DNA of 24,000 bases from Bacillota bacterium (GTDB taxonomy: Bacteria; Bacillota; DSM-12270; Thermacetogeniales; Thermacetogeniaceae): contig JARYLU010000007.1 of NCBI GenBank assembly GCA_029907475.1, forward strand, positions 1 through 24,000. The letters run 5' to 3'. The notes beneath the pieces are model-generated. The model saw only the letters and a program-made list of their open reading frames with translations, made no database searches and had not been told where the DNA came from. Within the stretch, counting starts at the first letter, position 1. Each line of letters begins with the position of its first letter. A program made the translations under genes and the position numbers. Positions 1 through 7,963 of the stretch are shown one piece after another.

Positions 1-396
1 AATCTTACCGCTTAAAACAACGGGAGAAGGTAAAGACCAGGTAATATGCTAGATTGTATGGCCGGCCGGGCAGGGAGATTGACATGGGCCGGTGTGCTCC
101 AAAAACCCTGGTTTGTCATAGTCCCTTTAACCGGACCCGGGCTTGCTAGGTTAAATTGAAAGGGAGTGGAAATGACCACATAAGATTTCTCAAAATTTAT
201 TTAAGGTATTCGTGAATAAATTACGTGGGCTGCCAGCAATTGCATATCGCTTTGCTTTGAATTGGGGTAGCTTCTTCCCTGCCCGAGCTACATCAATTCG
301 ACTCTTGCCTGGCAGATCAATTAATGGGTTAATGGCTATGGCATGGCGTTCTGTTACGCTCTACAAAATAACCATCAAGTTAGATATTGGTAAAAC

Positions 397-463
397 GGTG
401 GAAGTGGATCACTTTTGCTTTATCACTGGTGGATCACTTTCACATTATCAGGTGGATCAATTC
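397..463 (+). repeat. Direct repeats GTGGATCA(C/A)TT upstream of the ECF sigma operon (candidate protein-binding sites)
   Basis: GTGGATCACTTT occurs at 404-415 and 429-440 (12/12 identical). GTGGATCAATTC is at 452-463 and a partial GGTGGAA at 397-403. Spacing is 25 and 23 bp. Copy 2 lies in a different reading frame of ORF 212..499 than copies 1 and 3, so the conservation is at DNA level. Confidence 0.5.
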
Positions 464-502
464 TATATTGACAAACGCAACCGTTATATAAATGAGTAAC
501 AA

Positions 503-514
503 GGAATGCATTCC
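503..514. promoter_or_regulatory. Perfect 12-bp palindrome GGAATGCATTCC upstream of the ECF sigma start
   Basis: The sequence is self-complementary over 12/12 positions. It ends 29 nt upstream of ATG 544. It is a candidate operator or short hairpin. Confidence 0.3.
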
Positions 515-543
515 AATTACTTAAAACATCCGGGGAGGCGAAG

Positions 544-1056
544 ATGAGTAATGAAATATTAGAAAAACTGTTAACGAGCAAAATGAACATTGTCTATAAA
601 TACCTTGTTAAAATAGGCTGCAGTCACGCTGATGCTGAAGATATTGTGCAGGATACTCTTTTTAAAGCCATCGTTCACCTTGAAGCTATTGATTCAGATA
701 AAGTGACTTCCTGGCTTTTTAAAGTAGCCTTAAATCGGTACTATGACTTGTGCAGGAAGAATAAAAAGCTTCCACTGGCTTCATTGGAAAGTGAAAACAT
801 TTTAAACAATCTGCCGGCTGTAGATTATCTTCCTGAAAATTATGTTTTGGACAAAGAGAAAAGGAAACAGGTAGCCCGGGTGTTAGACGATTTAAATCCA
901 ATATATAAAAACTTGCTGGTTTTAAAGTATGAAGTAGGACTTTCCTATCAGGAAATCGCAGAAGTGCTGGACATTAATGAGCAGACAGTAAAAACTTACA
1001 TTTACAGGGCCAAACAAAAATTTAGGGATGCCTGGAGGGAGTTAAATTATGAATGA
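544..1056 (+). CDS. ECF-type RNA polymerase sigma-70 family factor
   Basis: 170 aa. It has a region 2-like segment (DIVQDTLFKAI...WLFKVALNRYYD) and a region 4 HTH (LSYQEIAEVLDINEQTVKTYIYRAKQKFR). GGGGAGG lies 5 nt upstream of the ATG. The gene overlaps the downstream ORF by 8 nt. Confidence 0.9.
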   Translation: MSNEILEKLLTSKMNIVYKYLVKIGCSHADAEDIVQDTLFKAIVHLEAIDSDKVTSWLFKVALNRYYDLCRKNKKLPLASLESENILNNLPAVDYLPENYVLDKEKRKQVARVLDDLNPIYKNLLVLKYEVGLSYQEIAEVLDINEQTVKTYIYRAKQKFRDAWRELNYE

Positions 1057-2095
1057 TGAAGAAAAGTTAAAAGAGACCTTCGATTTTGAGAGCGGTGAAA
1101 CAAAAAGGGTGTTACAAAAAGCAAAAATATTTACTCTTGTTAGAACAATTGCTGTGAGTTTACTTGTTTTTATGTTATTGAGTGCAGCAATTGTTATTCT
1201 CAACGCGATTTTGCTAAACCGTATTGCCAATAATGAATTACAAAATGAACAGCTTTTTGAGTCAGTGGCCAGGCCAAACACATATATGGCTCATGATCAA
1301 GTCAATGATGGTTTCCTTGTAGGAGAGGCAGAGTATGTTACTTATCGGATCGTTGGCAACAGACCGGTCTATGACGGGACATATAAAGTTAAATATAAGA
1401 TTATCCCGATTGTTCAGGGTCTTTACGGTACAGGCAGAGGTCAATTGACCCAAATTAAAGATGAAAACGAGTTTAGTTATTTTAGTTATTATAATAAAGT
1501 TGGCAATAGAGAAATGAAGTTTTATCATCCCTATATCGAATATGAAACCTATCAAAACGACCTTGCCCAACTGGAGGAAATCGGTGAAGATAAATACCTT
1601 GAAATGGCACTTTCATTTGACCGGGACTATAGCCTCGAAGAAGTACGAGCAATGCTTCCCGATGAAGTGAAGTTAGTTTGGTACTGGGTAGATACCTATA
1701 ATGAAGAAGATTTGGATAGAATGAAAGGTCATTATGCAGAATTAATAGGCAATGACGGGCAACCAACCGGTGAAAAACAATATCAAGAACCAAGAATTCT
1801 GTTTGCCAATCAGGTCTATGGGATGAAAGGTATGACTTCCACCGGAGAAATAATAGACGACCCCCGTCGTTCCTTCGTTGAAGTAATTAACGCAGGCTTA
1901 AACAGAAAAAGTCGTTACCAGTCACAATTTAAAGAACTTTATAACACTCTAAGCAATAACAAGGGGAAAATCAGTGAAGACGATCTTCGAATTATCGGAG
2001 TGGTTGTTACAGGCGATACTGCTTCCATGAAACTGTTGAAGGACGGGAATTATATTAAAGCATCAACTTTGGGAATAGTCACGGACAAATTTTAA
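1049..2095 (+). CDS. Putative membrane-anchored anti-sigma factor / sigma regulator (single TM, large extracytoplasmic domain)
   Basis: ATG 1049 overlaps the sigma stop (1054-1056). There is a ~27-aa cytoplasmic N-terminus, one hydrophobic span (IFTLVRTIAVSLLVFMLLSAAIVILNAILL) and a ~290-aa external domain. The role is inferred from position and topology only. Confidence 0.6.
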   Translation: MNDEEKLKETFDFESGETKRVLQKAKIFTLVRTIAVSLLVFMLLSAAIVILNAILLNRIANNELQNEQLFESVARPNTYMAHDQVNDGFLVGEAEYVTYRIVGNRPVYDGTYKVKYKIIPIVQGLYGTGRGQLTQIKDENEFSYFSYYNKVGNREMKFYHPYIEYETYQNDLAQLEEIGEDKYLEMALSFDRDYSLEEVRAMLPDEVKLVWYWVDTYNEEDLDRMKGHYAELIGNDGQPTGEKQYQEPRILFANQVYGMKGMTSTGEIIDDPRRSFVEVINAGLNRKSRYQSQFKELYNTLSNNKGKISEDDLRIIGVVVTGDTASMKLLKDGNYIKASTLGIVTDKF

Positions 2096-2113
2096 GGGTA
2101 AAGATGCTAAGAG

Positions 2114-2145
2114 GATGCCCTGTTCAAAATGGGCATCTTTTTGTT
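2114..2145 (+). terminator. Rho-independent terminator after the sigma/anti-sigma operon
   Basis: GATGCCC (2114-2120) pairs with GGGCATC (2131-2137) around a 10-nt loop. TTTTTGTTG follows the stem. Confidence 0.75.
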
Positions 2146-2201
2146 GCTAACGTCCTGGGACGCTCTTGCCCTGGAAGAACCATCCTCGAAAGGCGAACGC
2201 T

Positions 2202-2522
2202 TTAAAGGATTTCGGTTTGATAATCGATAATCTGGGCATGGTTTTGACTTTCAAGAAATTTCACCACCGCGTTTAAAACCTGGCAGGCGTGGCTCTGCTT
2301 ATTGCTCACGCAGGCAAAAGCTACCGACGCCCGCTGCCAGAGATCCTGCTGGTCAACCTCGGCAATTGAGACATTAAAGCGCGCCTTTATCCTGTCAAGG
2401 ATGCTCTTTAAAACGCGCCGCTTATCCTTGAGAGAGACCGCTTCCCCCAGGTAAAGTTCGACAATACAGATCCCGACTGCGACGTGTGCGCATTCACCGC
2501 CGGCTACCGGATAATCCCGCAC
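2202..2522 (-). CDS. DUF503 (YlxP-like) family protein
   Basis: The core GICIVELYLGEAVSLKDKRRVLKSILDRIKARFNVSIAEVDQQDLWQRASVAFACVSN matches the DUF503 pattern as I recall it. I placed the start at in-frame GTG 2522, which follows AGAGGGGG plus a 7-nt spacer. The ORF-track start 2546 is also GTG but lacks a spaced SD. Confidence 0.75.
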   Translation of the reverse strand: MRDYPVAGGECAHVAVGICIVELYLGEAVSLKDKRRVLKSILDRIKARFNVSIAEVDQQDLWQRASVAFACVSNKQSHACQVLNAVVKFLESQNHAQIIDYQTEIL

Positions 2523-2751
2523 CGCTGAACCCCCTCTTATATGCACTCCTGCAACACCGCTGATCCTTTTTCTTCCAGCTTTAAGAGATGCCGGTACAGG
2601 TCCCTCCTCCCGCCCTGTAAAAACCGCCAGAGCCGGTGGAAAGAGCCAAGGCTAAGGCCTTGACCAGGACAACCCGGGGCCTGATTCTGCCCCCTTCCCC
2701 ACGCCACCGCGTACATAATTCAGGTATGCCGTGGCCCTTTACGTCCCGCGC

Positions 2752-2788
2752 CAGAAAATAAACGAGAGGGCCCACCAAAAAGACCCTC
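2752..2788 (-). terminator. Candidate intrinsic terminator downstream of the permease-USP unit
   Basis: The minus strand reads GAGGGTC-tttttggtg-GGCCCTC, a 7-bp stem with one G-U pair. The tail is TCGTTTATTTTCT. It lies ~150 nt past the USP stop. Confidence 0.4.
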
Positions 2789-2936
2789 GCATCCCGGCCT
2801 GTCACCCTCGCTTCGCCTGTCCTGTTACCCGGCCTTCCAGAAGTCGCTCGCTGGTAGACCCGGCCGAAATATTCTCATCCTCTGTTGGTGTCACTAGAAG
2901 TGACGTGGAAGTCTAACGTGAAAAATCGGCCCGCTT

Positions 2937-3395
2937 TTAGGTTTTCTTCTCCCGGACTACCAGGACAGGACAATGAGCGTACCGCACCACATGCTCGGCA
3001 ACACTTCCGATTAAAAGGTATGTAAGACGTGAATAACCATGCGCTCCGACGACGATGAGATCGGCGTCCTGTTCCCGCGCCCAGTCCACAATAACCTGGC
3101 GGGGACTCCCGCTCAAGACAGCTCCGCTTACGTCCCTGAGTCCGGCCTTTTCAGCGAGCTCGACAACCTCATCGACGGCGCGGCTACCCTCCTCCTGCAA
3201 GGTCTCCAGCGCCAGGTACTGGTAGGCACCCAGGTGAAACGCGACATGGGTATTAATGACATAGATGACCCGCAGTTGGGCTCCGTTCAGCCTGGCTAAA
3301 GAAACCGCGTGGCGGGCGGCATGCAAAGCTGCAGGCGACCCGTCTGTTGCAGCAACAATCAACCTGTAAGAAACCCCAGTATGGTTCTCGGTCAA
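2937..3395 (-). CDS. Universal stress protein (UspA family)
   Basis: 152 aa. USP hallmarks are present: RLIVAATDGSPAALHAARHA near the N-terminus and DLIVVGAHGYSRL...GSVAEHVVRYAHCPVLVV near the C-terminus. The start is TTG 3395, preceded by AAGGAGGT with a 6-nt spacer. Confidence 0.9.
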   Translation of the reverse strand: MTENHTGVSYRLIVAATDGSPAALHAARHAVSLARLNGAQLRVIYVINTHVAFHLGAYQYLALETLQEEGSRAVDEVVELAEKAGLRDVSGAVLSGSPRQVIVDWAREQDADLIVVGAHGYSRLTYLLIGSVAEHVVRYAHCPVLVVREKKT

Positions 3396-3494
3396 GGGTA
3401 GACCTCCTTAAGGTAGCCTTTCATGCACTTCTACCCACCTCAAGTAAATTATTTATTTTACTTCGCTATCCGGTGGTTTTAATCCTCCTTGCAG

Positions 3495-4778
3495 TTAACG
3501 AAAATAAAAGATTAGAAGGTACACCTGAGCAATCGCGACGGAGAGAAGCATGAGAGGGAAGGCCACCTTAAAGAACTTCACAAAAGAAAGCGTAACCCCG
3601 TTGCGCTCCGCCAGTCCCGCAACGATCACGTTGGCGGCAGCCCCGATCAGGGTCCCGTTCCCCCCGAGGCAGGCGCCCAACGCAAGCGACCACCATAAGG
3701 GATCGAGGTTTAAAATCCCGCCGAAGTGTCCCATTTCCTTGATGAGAGGAATCATCGCCGCAACAAAAGGTATGTTATCGACAACGGATGATGCGATGGC
3801 CGAAAACCACAAGATAAGTGTTCCGGTCGCCAGAACCCGGCCTTTCGTGAGATCTAAAGCGGCCCGCGCCAGTTCTTCGATAATCCCCACTTTCTCCAGG
3901 GCCCCCACAATGATAAAAAGGCCCATAAAAAAGAAAATTGTCGGCCATTCCACACTGAGGAGCACGTCTTCAATTTCTTCCCGGGTGATGAAAAGCAGAA
4001 GCACCGCTCCGCCCAGGGCAATTGAAGCCGTTTCTAGATGGAGGGCGCCGTGCAGGAAAAAGCCGAGGATTGTTAAACCTAAAACGGCCAGGGACCGGCG
4101 CATCAGCCTGTAGTCTTTAATCTGGGCAACGGCATCGAATGTTTTCACTTTTTCTTTCAGATGATCTTCGATCTCGAGGTTTCTGCGGTAGATCAGCCAG
4201 AGGAAAAACAAAGTAATCAGAAAAATGACGACCGCCACCGGGGCAAGGGTCACGAGAAAATCAAGAAAGGTGAGCTTTGTAGCACTTCCGATCATAATGT
4301 TGGGAGGGTCTCCGATCAGGGTGGCAGTCCCTCCGATGTTGGAGGCAAGAATCTCTGCAACGACGAAAGGCACCGGATTAAGATTGAGTTCGTAAACGAT
4401 GGAAAAGGTTACGGGTACCACAAGAAGCACGGTCGTGACGTTATCCAGAAAAGCAGAAGCGACCGCCGTAAGAACTGCCAGGCCGGCTAAAATCCGGAAG
4501 GGTTCTCCACGTGCCAGGCGGGCCGCCAAGACCGCCAGGAACTCGAAAACCCCGCTCCGGCGGGTCACTCCGACAATGATCATCATTCCCACCAGCAGGC
4601 CAATGGTATTAAAATCTATCGCACGAACGGCTTCTGCCTGCGTGAGGAGGCCGCTCGCCAGAACAGCCATCCCCCCCGCGAGGGCTGCTGCGGAGCGGTG
4701 AATCTTCTCCGTAACAATCAGACCATAGACCGCAACAAAGATTCCTGCTCCCAACAAAACCGGCCCTTCTGCCGTCAT
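3495..4778 (-). CDS. ArsB/NhaD (CitMHS-like) superfamily ion/anion permease
   Basis: 427 aa and polytopic. The N- and C-terminal hydrophobic halves look like an internal repeat. GDPPNIMIG and GGNGTLIGAAANV motifs are typical of this superfamily. It is co-oriented with the downstream USP. Confidence 0.75.
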   Translation of the reverse strand: MTAEGPVLLGAGIFVAVYGLIVTEKIHRSAAALAGGMAVLASGLLTQAEAVRAIDFNTIGLLVGMMIIVGVTRRSGVFEFLAVLAARLARGEPFRILAGLAVLTAVASAFLDNVTTVLLVVPVTFSIVYELNLNPVPFVVAEILASNIGGTATLIGDPPNIMIGSATKLTFLDFLVTLAPVAVVIFLITLFFLWLIYRRNLEIEDHLKEKVKTFDAVAQIKDYRLMRRSLAVLGLTILGFFLHGALHLETASIALGGAVLLLFITREEIEDVLLSVEWPTIFFFMGLFIIVGALEKVGIIEELARAALDLTKGRVLATGTLILWFSAIASSVVDNIPFVAAMIPLIKEMGHFGGILNLDPLWWSLALGACLGGNGTLIGAAANVIVAGLAERNGVTLSFVKFFKVAFPLMLLSVAIAQVYLLIFYFR

Positions 4779-4986
4779 TTCTCCCGTCCCTTCTCTTCCC
4801 GAATTTTATCAAAAATATCAGAAAATCCTGCCTCCGAAATAAGATCCTATCAAAATTTTTTTATCTTCACAACAATTTTTGCTCCGCCAGCTCCGCCACA
4901 TTTATTGTTTCTCCGTCCCGGACTATCGAGCCGGCCCGGCCAGAAAGACAATTGATGGGAACTATTTGAAACAAGGAAAAAGGGTT

Positions 4987-5005
4987 TTCTTGAATTTATC
5001 AAGAA
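4987..5005. promoter_or_regulatory. Inverted repeat TTCTTGA-N5-TCAAGAA in the divergent permease/amidohydrolase intergenic region
   Basis: Two perfect 7-bp arms (4987-4993 and 4999-5005) end ~52 nt upstream of ATG 5058. The geometry is operator-like. Confidence 0.4.
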
Positions 5006-5057
5006 TCATCTAAACACAAGGAGAATGATCCATATTCATCATACTGGGGGGAAAGCC

Positions 5058-5891
5058 ATGAAAATCGATGTGCACGTACATATTCTGTCCCCGGATTTCA
5101 TCCGGGACCTCCAGAGGAACCTGGAACGGGACGCTCACTTTAAAATGCTTCATTCCGGCCCGAAAGCCAAGTTCGCAACAGCCGAAGACGTCCTGGCCAA
5201 CATGGAGAAAACCGGGATCGAGAAATCGGTAGTTTTTGCTTTTCCTTACCGCGACCTGGGGATGTGCCGGGAAGGGAATGATTACATCATTGAAACGGTG
5301 AAACGCTACCCCGACCGGTTCATCGGCTTTGCAGTCGTCCCTCCTCAGGAGCCGGGGATGGAGCAGGAGCTGATCCGCTGCCGGGAAGCCGGACTGAAAG
5401 GAGCAGGAGAGATCATCCCCGCCGCCGTCCACATCGATATTTCCGAGCAAAACCAGGTGGGGCGCTTTACCGGTGTCTGCCGGGAACTGAACTTTCCCAT
5501 CTTGATGCATACAAATGAACTGGTAGGCCACTATTACCCGGGCAAGGGGAAAATAGGGCCCGAGCATGCCTATCACTTTGCTGTTAACAATCCCGACAGC
5601 AAGATCATTTTCGCCCACTGGGGCGGGGGGCTTTTCTTTTACGAACTAATGCCGGAAATCCACAGCTCGCTGAGGCATGTCTTCTATGATACAGCGGCCT
5701 CACCCTTTCTTTTCCGGCCGCAGGTTTACGAAGCCGCCCGGCTCGCCGGGGTGCTTCCGAAAGTCCTGCTGGGAAGCGACTTCCCGCTTCTCTCGCCGGC
5801 ACGCTACTACAAAGAGTGGGAGCAGACAAACCTCACGGAGGAAGAAAAGGCAGGGATCCGCGGCGAAAATGCCTGCCGCCTTTTCCCTTAA
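5058..5891 (+). CDS. Amidohydrolase-2 family metal-dependent hydrolase (TIM barrel)
   Basis: MKIDVHVHILSP is the N-terminal HxH metal motif. HTNE, FAHWGGG and a GSDFP-type Asp occur later. I chose ATG 5058 because of the GGGGGGA SD; the ORF-track start 5025 has none. Confidence 0.8.
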   Translation: MKIDVHVHILSPDFIRDLQRNLERDAHFKMLHSGPKAKFATAEDVLANMEKTGIEKSVVFAFPYRDLGMCREGNDYIIETVKRYPDRFIGFAVVPPQEPGMEQELIRCREAGLKGAGEIIPAAVHIDISEQNQVGRFTGVCRELNFPILMHTNELVGHYYPGKGKIGPEHAYHFAVNNPDSKIIFAHWGGGLFFYELMPEIHSSLRHVFYDTAASPFLFRPQVYEAARLAGVLPKVLLGSDFPLLSPARYYKEWEQTNLTEEEKAGIRGENACRLFP

Positions 5892-6028
5892 ACCTTTATG
5901 TTTCCTGCAGGACCGTGTAGTTGGCGAATTTCAGGCCGCGGTCGACTAGGCCGGTTCGCTGAATCAACCTGCTGCATCGTGCCAGGAGGGCAACGCCATC
6001 ACAAAAAAGATCGGAGTTCTGACCTGGA

Positions 6029-6838
6029 TTAAGCGTAACTGTGCATTCCCGGGAGCAAATAATTAACGCCGAAAAAGGTGAACAAAACCGCCAAAAAACC
6101 CACGACCACCAGGATTGCGGCCGGACGGCCCCGCCAACCCCGGTATTTGCGGATGTGCAGATAGATCCCGAAAATAATCCAGGTCACCAGAGACCAGGTC
6201 TCCTTGGGGTCCCAACTCCAGTAACTTCCCCACGCTTTTTCCGCCCAGACGGCACCGGTCACAATGGTCAGGGACAGCATCATGAACCCGAAAGCCACAA
6301 CCTTGTAGATCAGTTCATCCAGCAACGCTTCCCCTTCTTTAACTCCATCGTCCCTGTACCTCCACAGGTATAAGGCGGACAGACCGCAGGCAAGGGCAAA
6401 GGCGCTGTAAGCCGCCACCGCCGTCAGAACATGGACTGTCAACCAGCCGCTTTTCAAGGCCGGCATCAATGGAGCGACGGCATTCGGCTGCTCCGGCATC
6501 AAAATCCAGATAAAGGCCAGCAGGGCCCAGGCAGAGGCCAGCACAAAACCACCCGCCGCTTTAACGGCTGTGCGCAATTCAAAAATCAAATATAGCAGCA
6601 CTATCCCCCAGGCAAAAGTCAGCAGAAACTCGTATCCGGTTGACAGGGGAAGCCTGCCGGTCAGCACCGACCTGGCGATGAGCGCCACAGTGTTTGTCGC
6701 CCAACCCAGCCCGGCGGCGACTCTGGCCGCCTTCCAGGCCACCTGCCGCCCGGCGGCAGCATACCAGAAATAAAGAATCATACCCAAAAAATAGAGGATA
6801 AATGTGGCAGCTAACGCAATTTGCTGCAGCGAACTCAA
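6029..6838 (-). CDS. resC: Cytochrome c biogenesis protein CcsA/ResC (System II haem handling)
   Basis: 269 aa and polytopic. It carries the tryptophan-rich WWD signature WGSYWSWDPKETWSLVTW with flanking His residues. Confidence 0.9.
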   Translation of the reverse strand: MSSLQQIALAATFILYFLGMILYFWYAAAGRQVAWKAARVAAGLGWATNTVALIARSVLTGRLPLSTGYEFLLTFAWGIVLLYLIFELRTAVKAAGGFVLASAWALLAFIWILMPEQPNAVAPLMPALKSGWLTVHVLTAVAAYSAFALACGLSALYLWRYRDDGVKEGEALLDELIYKVVAFGFMMLSLTIVTGAVWAEKAWGSYWSWDPKETWSLVTWIIFGIYLHIRKYRGWRGRPAAILVVVGFLAVLFTFFGVNYLLPGMHSYA

Positions 6839-7963
6839 TTAAACCTCCCCCTCTTTTCCGTTGTTTTTCGCCCCTGCGCCCGGCAGGCGAGGCTGGTAGA
6901 GCGCCATAAAAATGCCGGCCAGAAGGAGCACAAAACCTGCCCACACAAAAATAATACCCGGGTCGCTCTTTACTTTCAACGTGGTCAAGGGCACGGTTTC
7001 CGCAAACCGGAAATTGACTTCCTCGGTAACCGACACCTTTTCTCTCAACCGTGCAATACCCACGCCAATCCGCTCCTCCCCTTCATAAACCGAGAAGACG
7101 ACCCTGGGGTTTGCCGGTTCCAGATTCTTCGATTCCATCCCGTAAGACGGGTCGTAATTGGGAATGTAACGGTAGAGAAGCACCCGGTATCCGGTACCGG
7201 GAATGTTGACGAATTCACCCTCTTTTACCAGCGCCTGATCTTCGCCGTCGGAGTTACCAAACGCCACCCTGACTGCCCAGCCGTATCTCTCCTGATACAT
7301 TGTCACCCCGCGATACTTGAGGGGGTGGTTGACGGATATATCAAAGGTCCCGATCCTTTTAGACCGGTCCCATATTGTTACGCGGGAAATGAACTGGGAA
7401 GGAGAACCATCGGGGTATAAATCGATACGGAAATCGTTGAGATGAAGGTCGAAAGATTTCTCCTGTCCGAACACTTGAGCCATTGACGCGGTTTCTCCCT
7501 CGGCAATGCTTACAAGGGCTTCTCTCCCCCAAAAAGAGCAGACTGCGCCTCCGAGCAAAACGAATAAGAAGCCGGTATGTAAAAAGAACAGGCCGAAGGA
7601 ACGCCAGTTTCCCTGTCGCAAATCCTTGCGCGTGGAAAATATTACTTTACAGCGTTTTGAGGTACAAAGCAGCATATTCAAAAAAAGCAGCGCCAGCAGC
7701 GACTTGAAAAACCAGGTGTGATAAAAGCCGTCCAGGGACAACAGAGCGGCTACGGCAGCAATTCCCCCGATAATAATAAGCAGCGCAAGTCCCACCCGCA
7801 TGGACCTGAAAAAATCGATCGCCTTTTTCACGGTTCTGCCTTCCTCCCCGGCAAATAACATCACCTCAGTACAAAAACAAGGGAAAGGGGCTCGCAGCAT
7901 CCCGCTTTCGCCCCTTTCATATTTTTCAAATTTGTTAACCCTGTTGTCGACAAGTATTCTCAT
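6839..7963 (-). CDS. resB: Cytochrome c biogenesis protein ResB/Ccs1 (System II)
   Basis: It abuts resC (stop 6839, resC start 6838). It has a ResB-like FFRSMRVGLALLIIIGGIAAV N-terminal TM, a large external domain and a C-terminal TM. ATG 7963 follows AGGAGG. The internal ATG 7861 is an alternative start, since ~50 aa precede the first TM. Confidence 0.8.
   Translation of the reverse strand: MRILVDNRVNKFEKYERGESGMLRAPFPCFCTEVMLFAGEEGRTVKKAIDFFRSMRVGLALLIIIGGIAAVAALLSLDGFYHTWFFKSLLALLFLNMLLCTSKRCKVIFSTRKDLRQGNWRSFGLFFLHTGFLFVLLGGAVCSFWGREALVSIAEGETASMAQVFGQEKSFDLHLNDFRIDLYPDGSPSQFISRVTIWDRSKRIGTFDISVNHPLKYRGVTMYQERYGWAVRVAFGNSDGEDQALVKEGEFVNIPGTGYRVLLYRYIPNYDPSYGMESKNLEPANPRVVFSVYEGEERIGVGIARLREKVSVTEEVNFRFAETVPLTTLKVKSDPGIIFVWAGFVLLLAGIFMALYQPRLPGAGAKNNGKEGEV

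Noticed and set aside
128-145. TAACCGGACCCGGGCTTG resembles TAACCGGAACCGGGCTTG at 20412-20429 (17/18 identical)
   Set aside because: I estimate roughly 0.5 such near-matches by chance in a 24-kb window searched on both strands. The flanks do not align, so this is not evidence of a repeat family.
1-170. GC-rich sequence at the left window edge with small hairpins (for example CTTACC...GGTAAG at 5-35)
   Set aside because: It is truncated by the window, has no ORF, and matches no RNA family I could recognise by eye. Evidence is insufficient for any call.
468-493. TTGACA at 468-473 as the -35 element of a sigma-A promoter for the ECF operon
   Set aside because: The best downstream -10-like hexamers (TATAAA, ATAAAT) give spacers of only 13-14 nt. 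No ECF-type AAC/CGT pair is visible either.
212-499. 95-aa ORF (GTG start) upstream of the ECF sigma gene
   Set aside because: It has no SD and no motif I recognise. Its most conserved-looking part is a DNA repeat read in two different frames. I treat the region as regulatory DNA, not a gene.
2581-2916. ORFs 2581..2805 (minus) and 2731..2916 (plus) in the DUF503/USP gap
   Set aside because: Both are Arg/Pro/Gly-rich, as expected from random GC-rich DNA. They overlap each other and have neither an SD nor motifs.
3550-4701. Long ORFs antisense to the permease (3550..4113, 4161..4490, 4399..4701). Similar shadow ORFs lie opposite other genes (5010..5618, 6041..6373, 6821..7420, 8321..8803, 17803..18366, 19097..19753).
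   Set aside because: These are typical shadow ORFs of GC-rich coding regions. The opposite-strand genes have clear family signatures and these do not.
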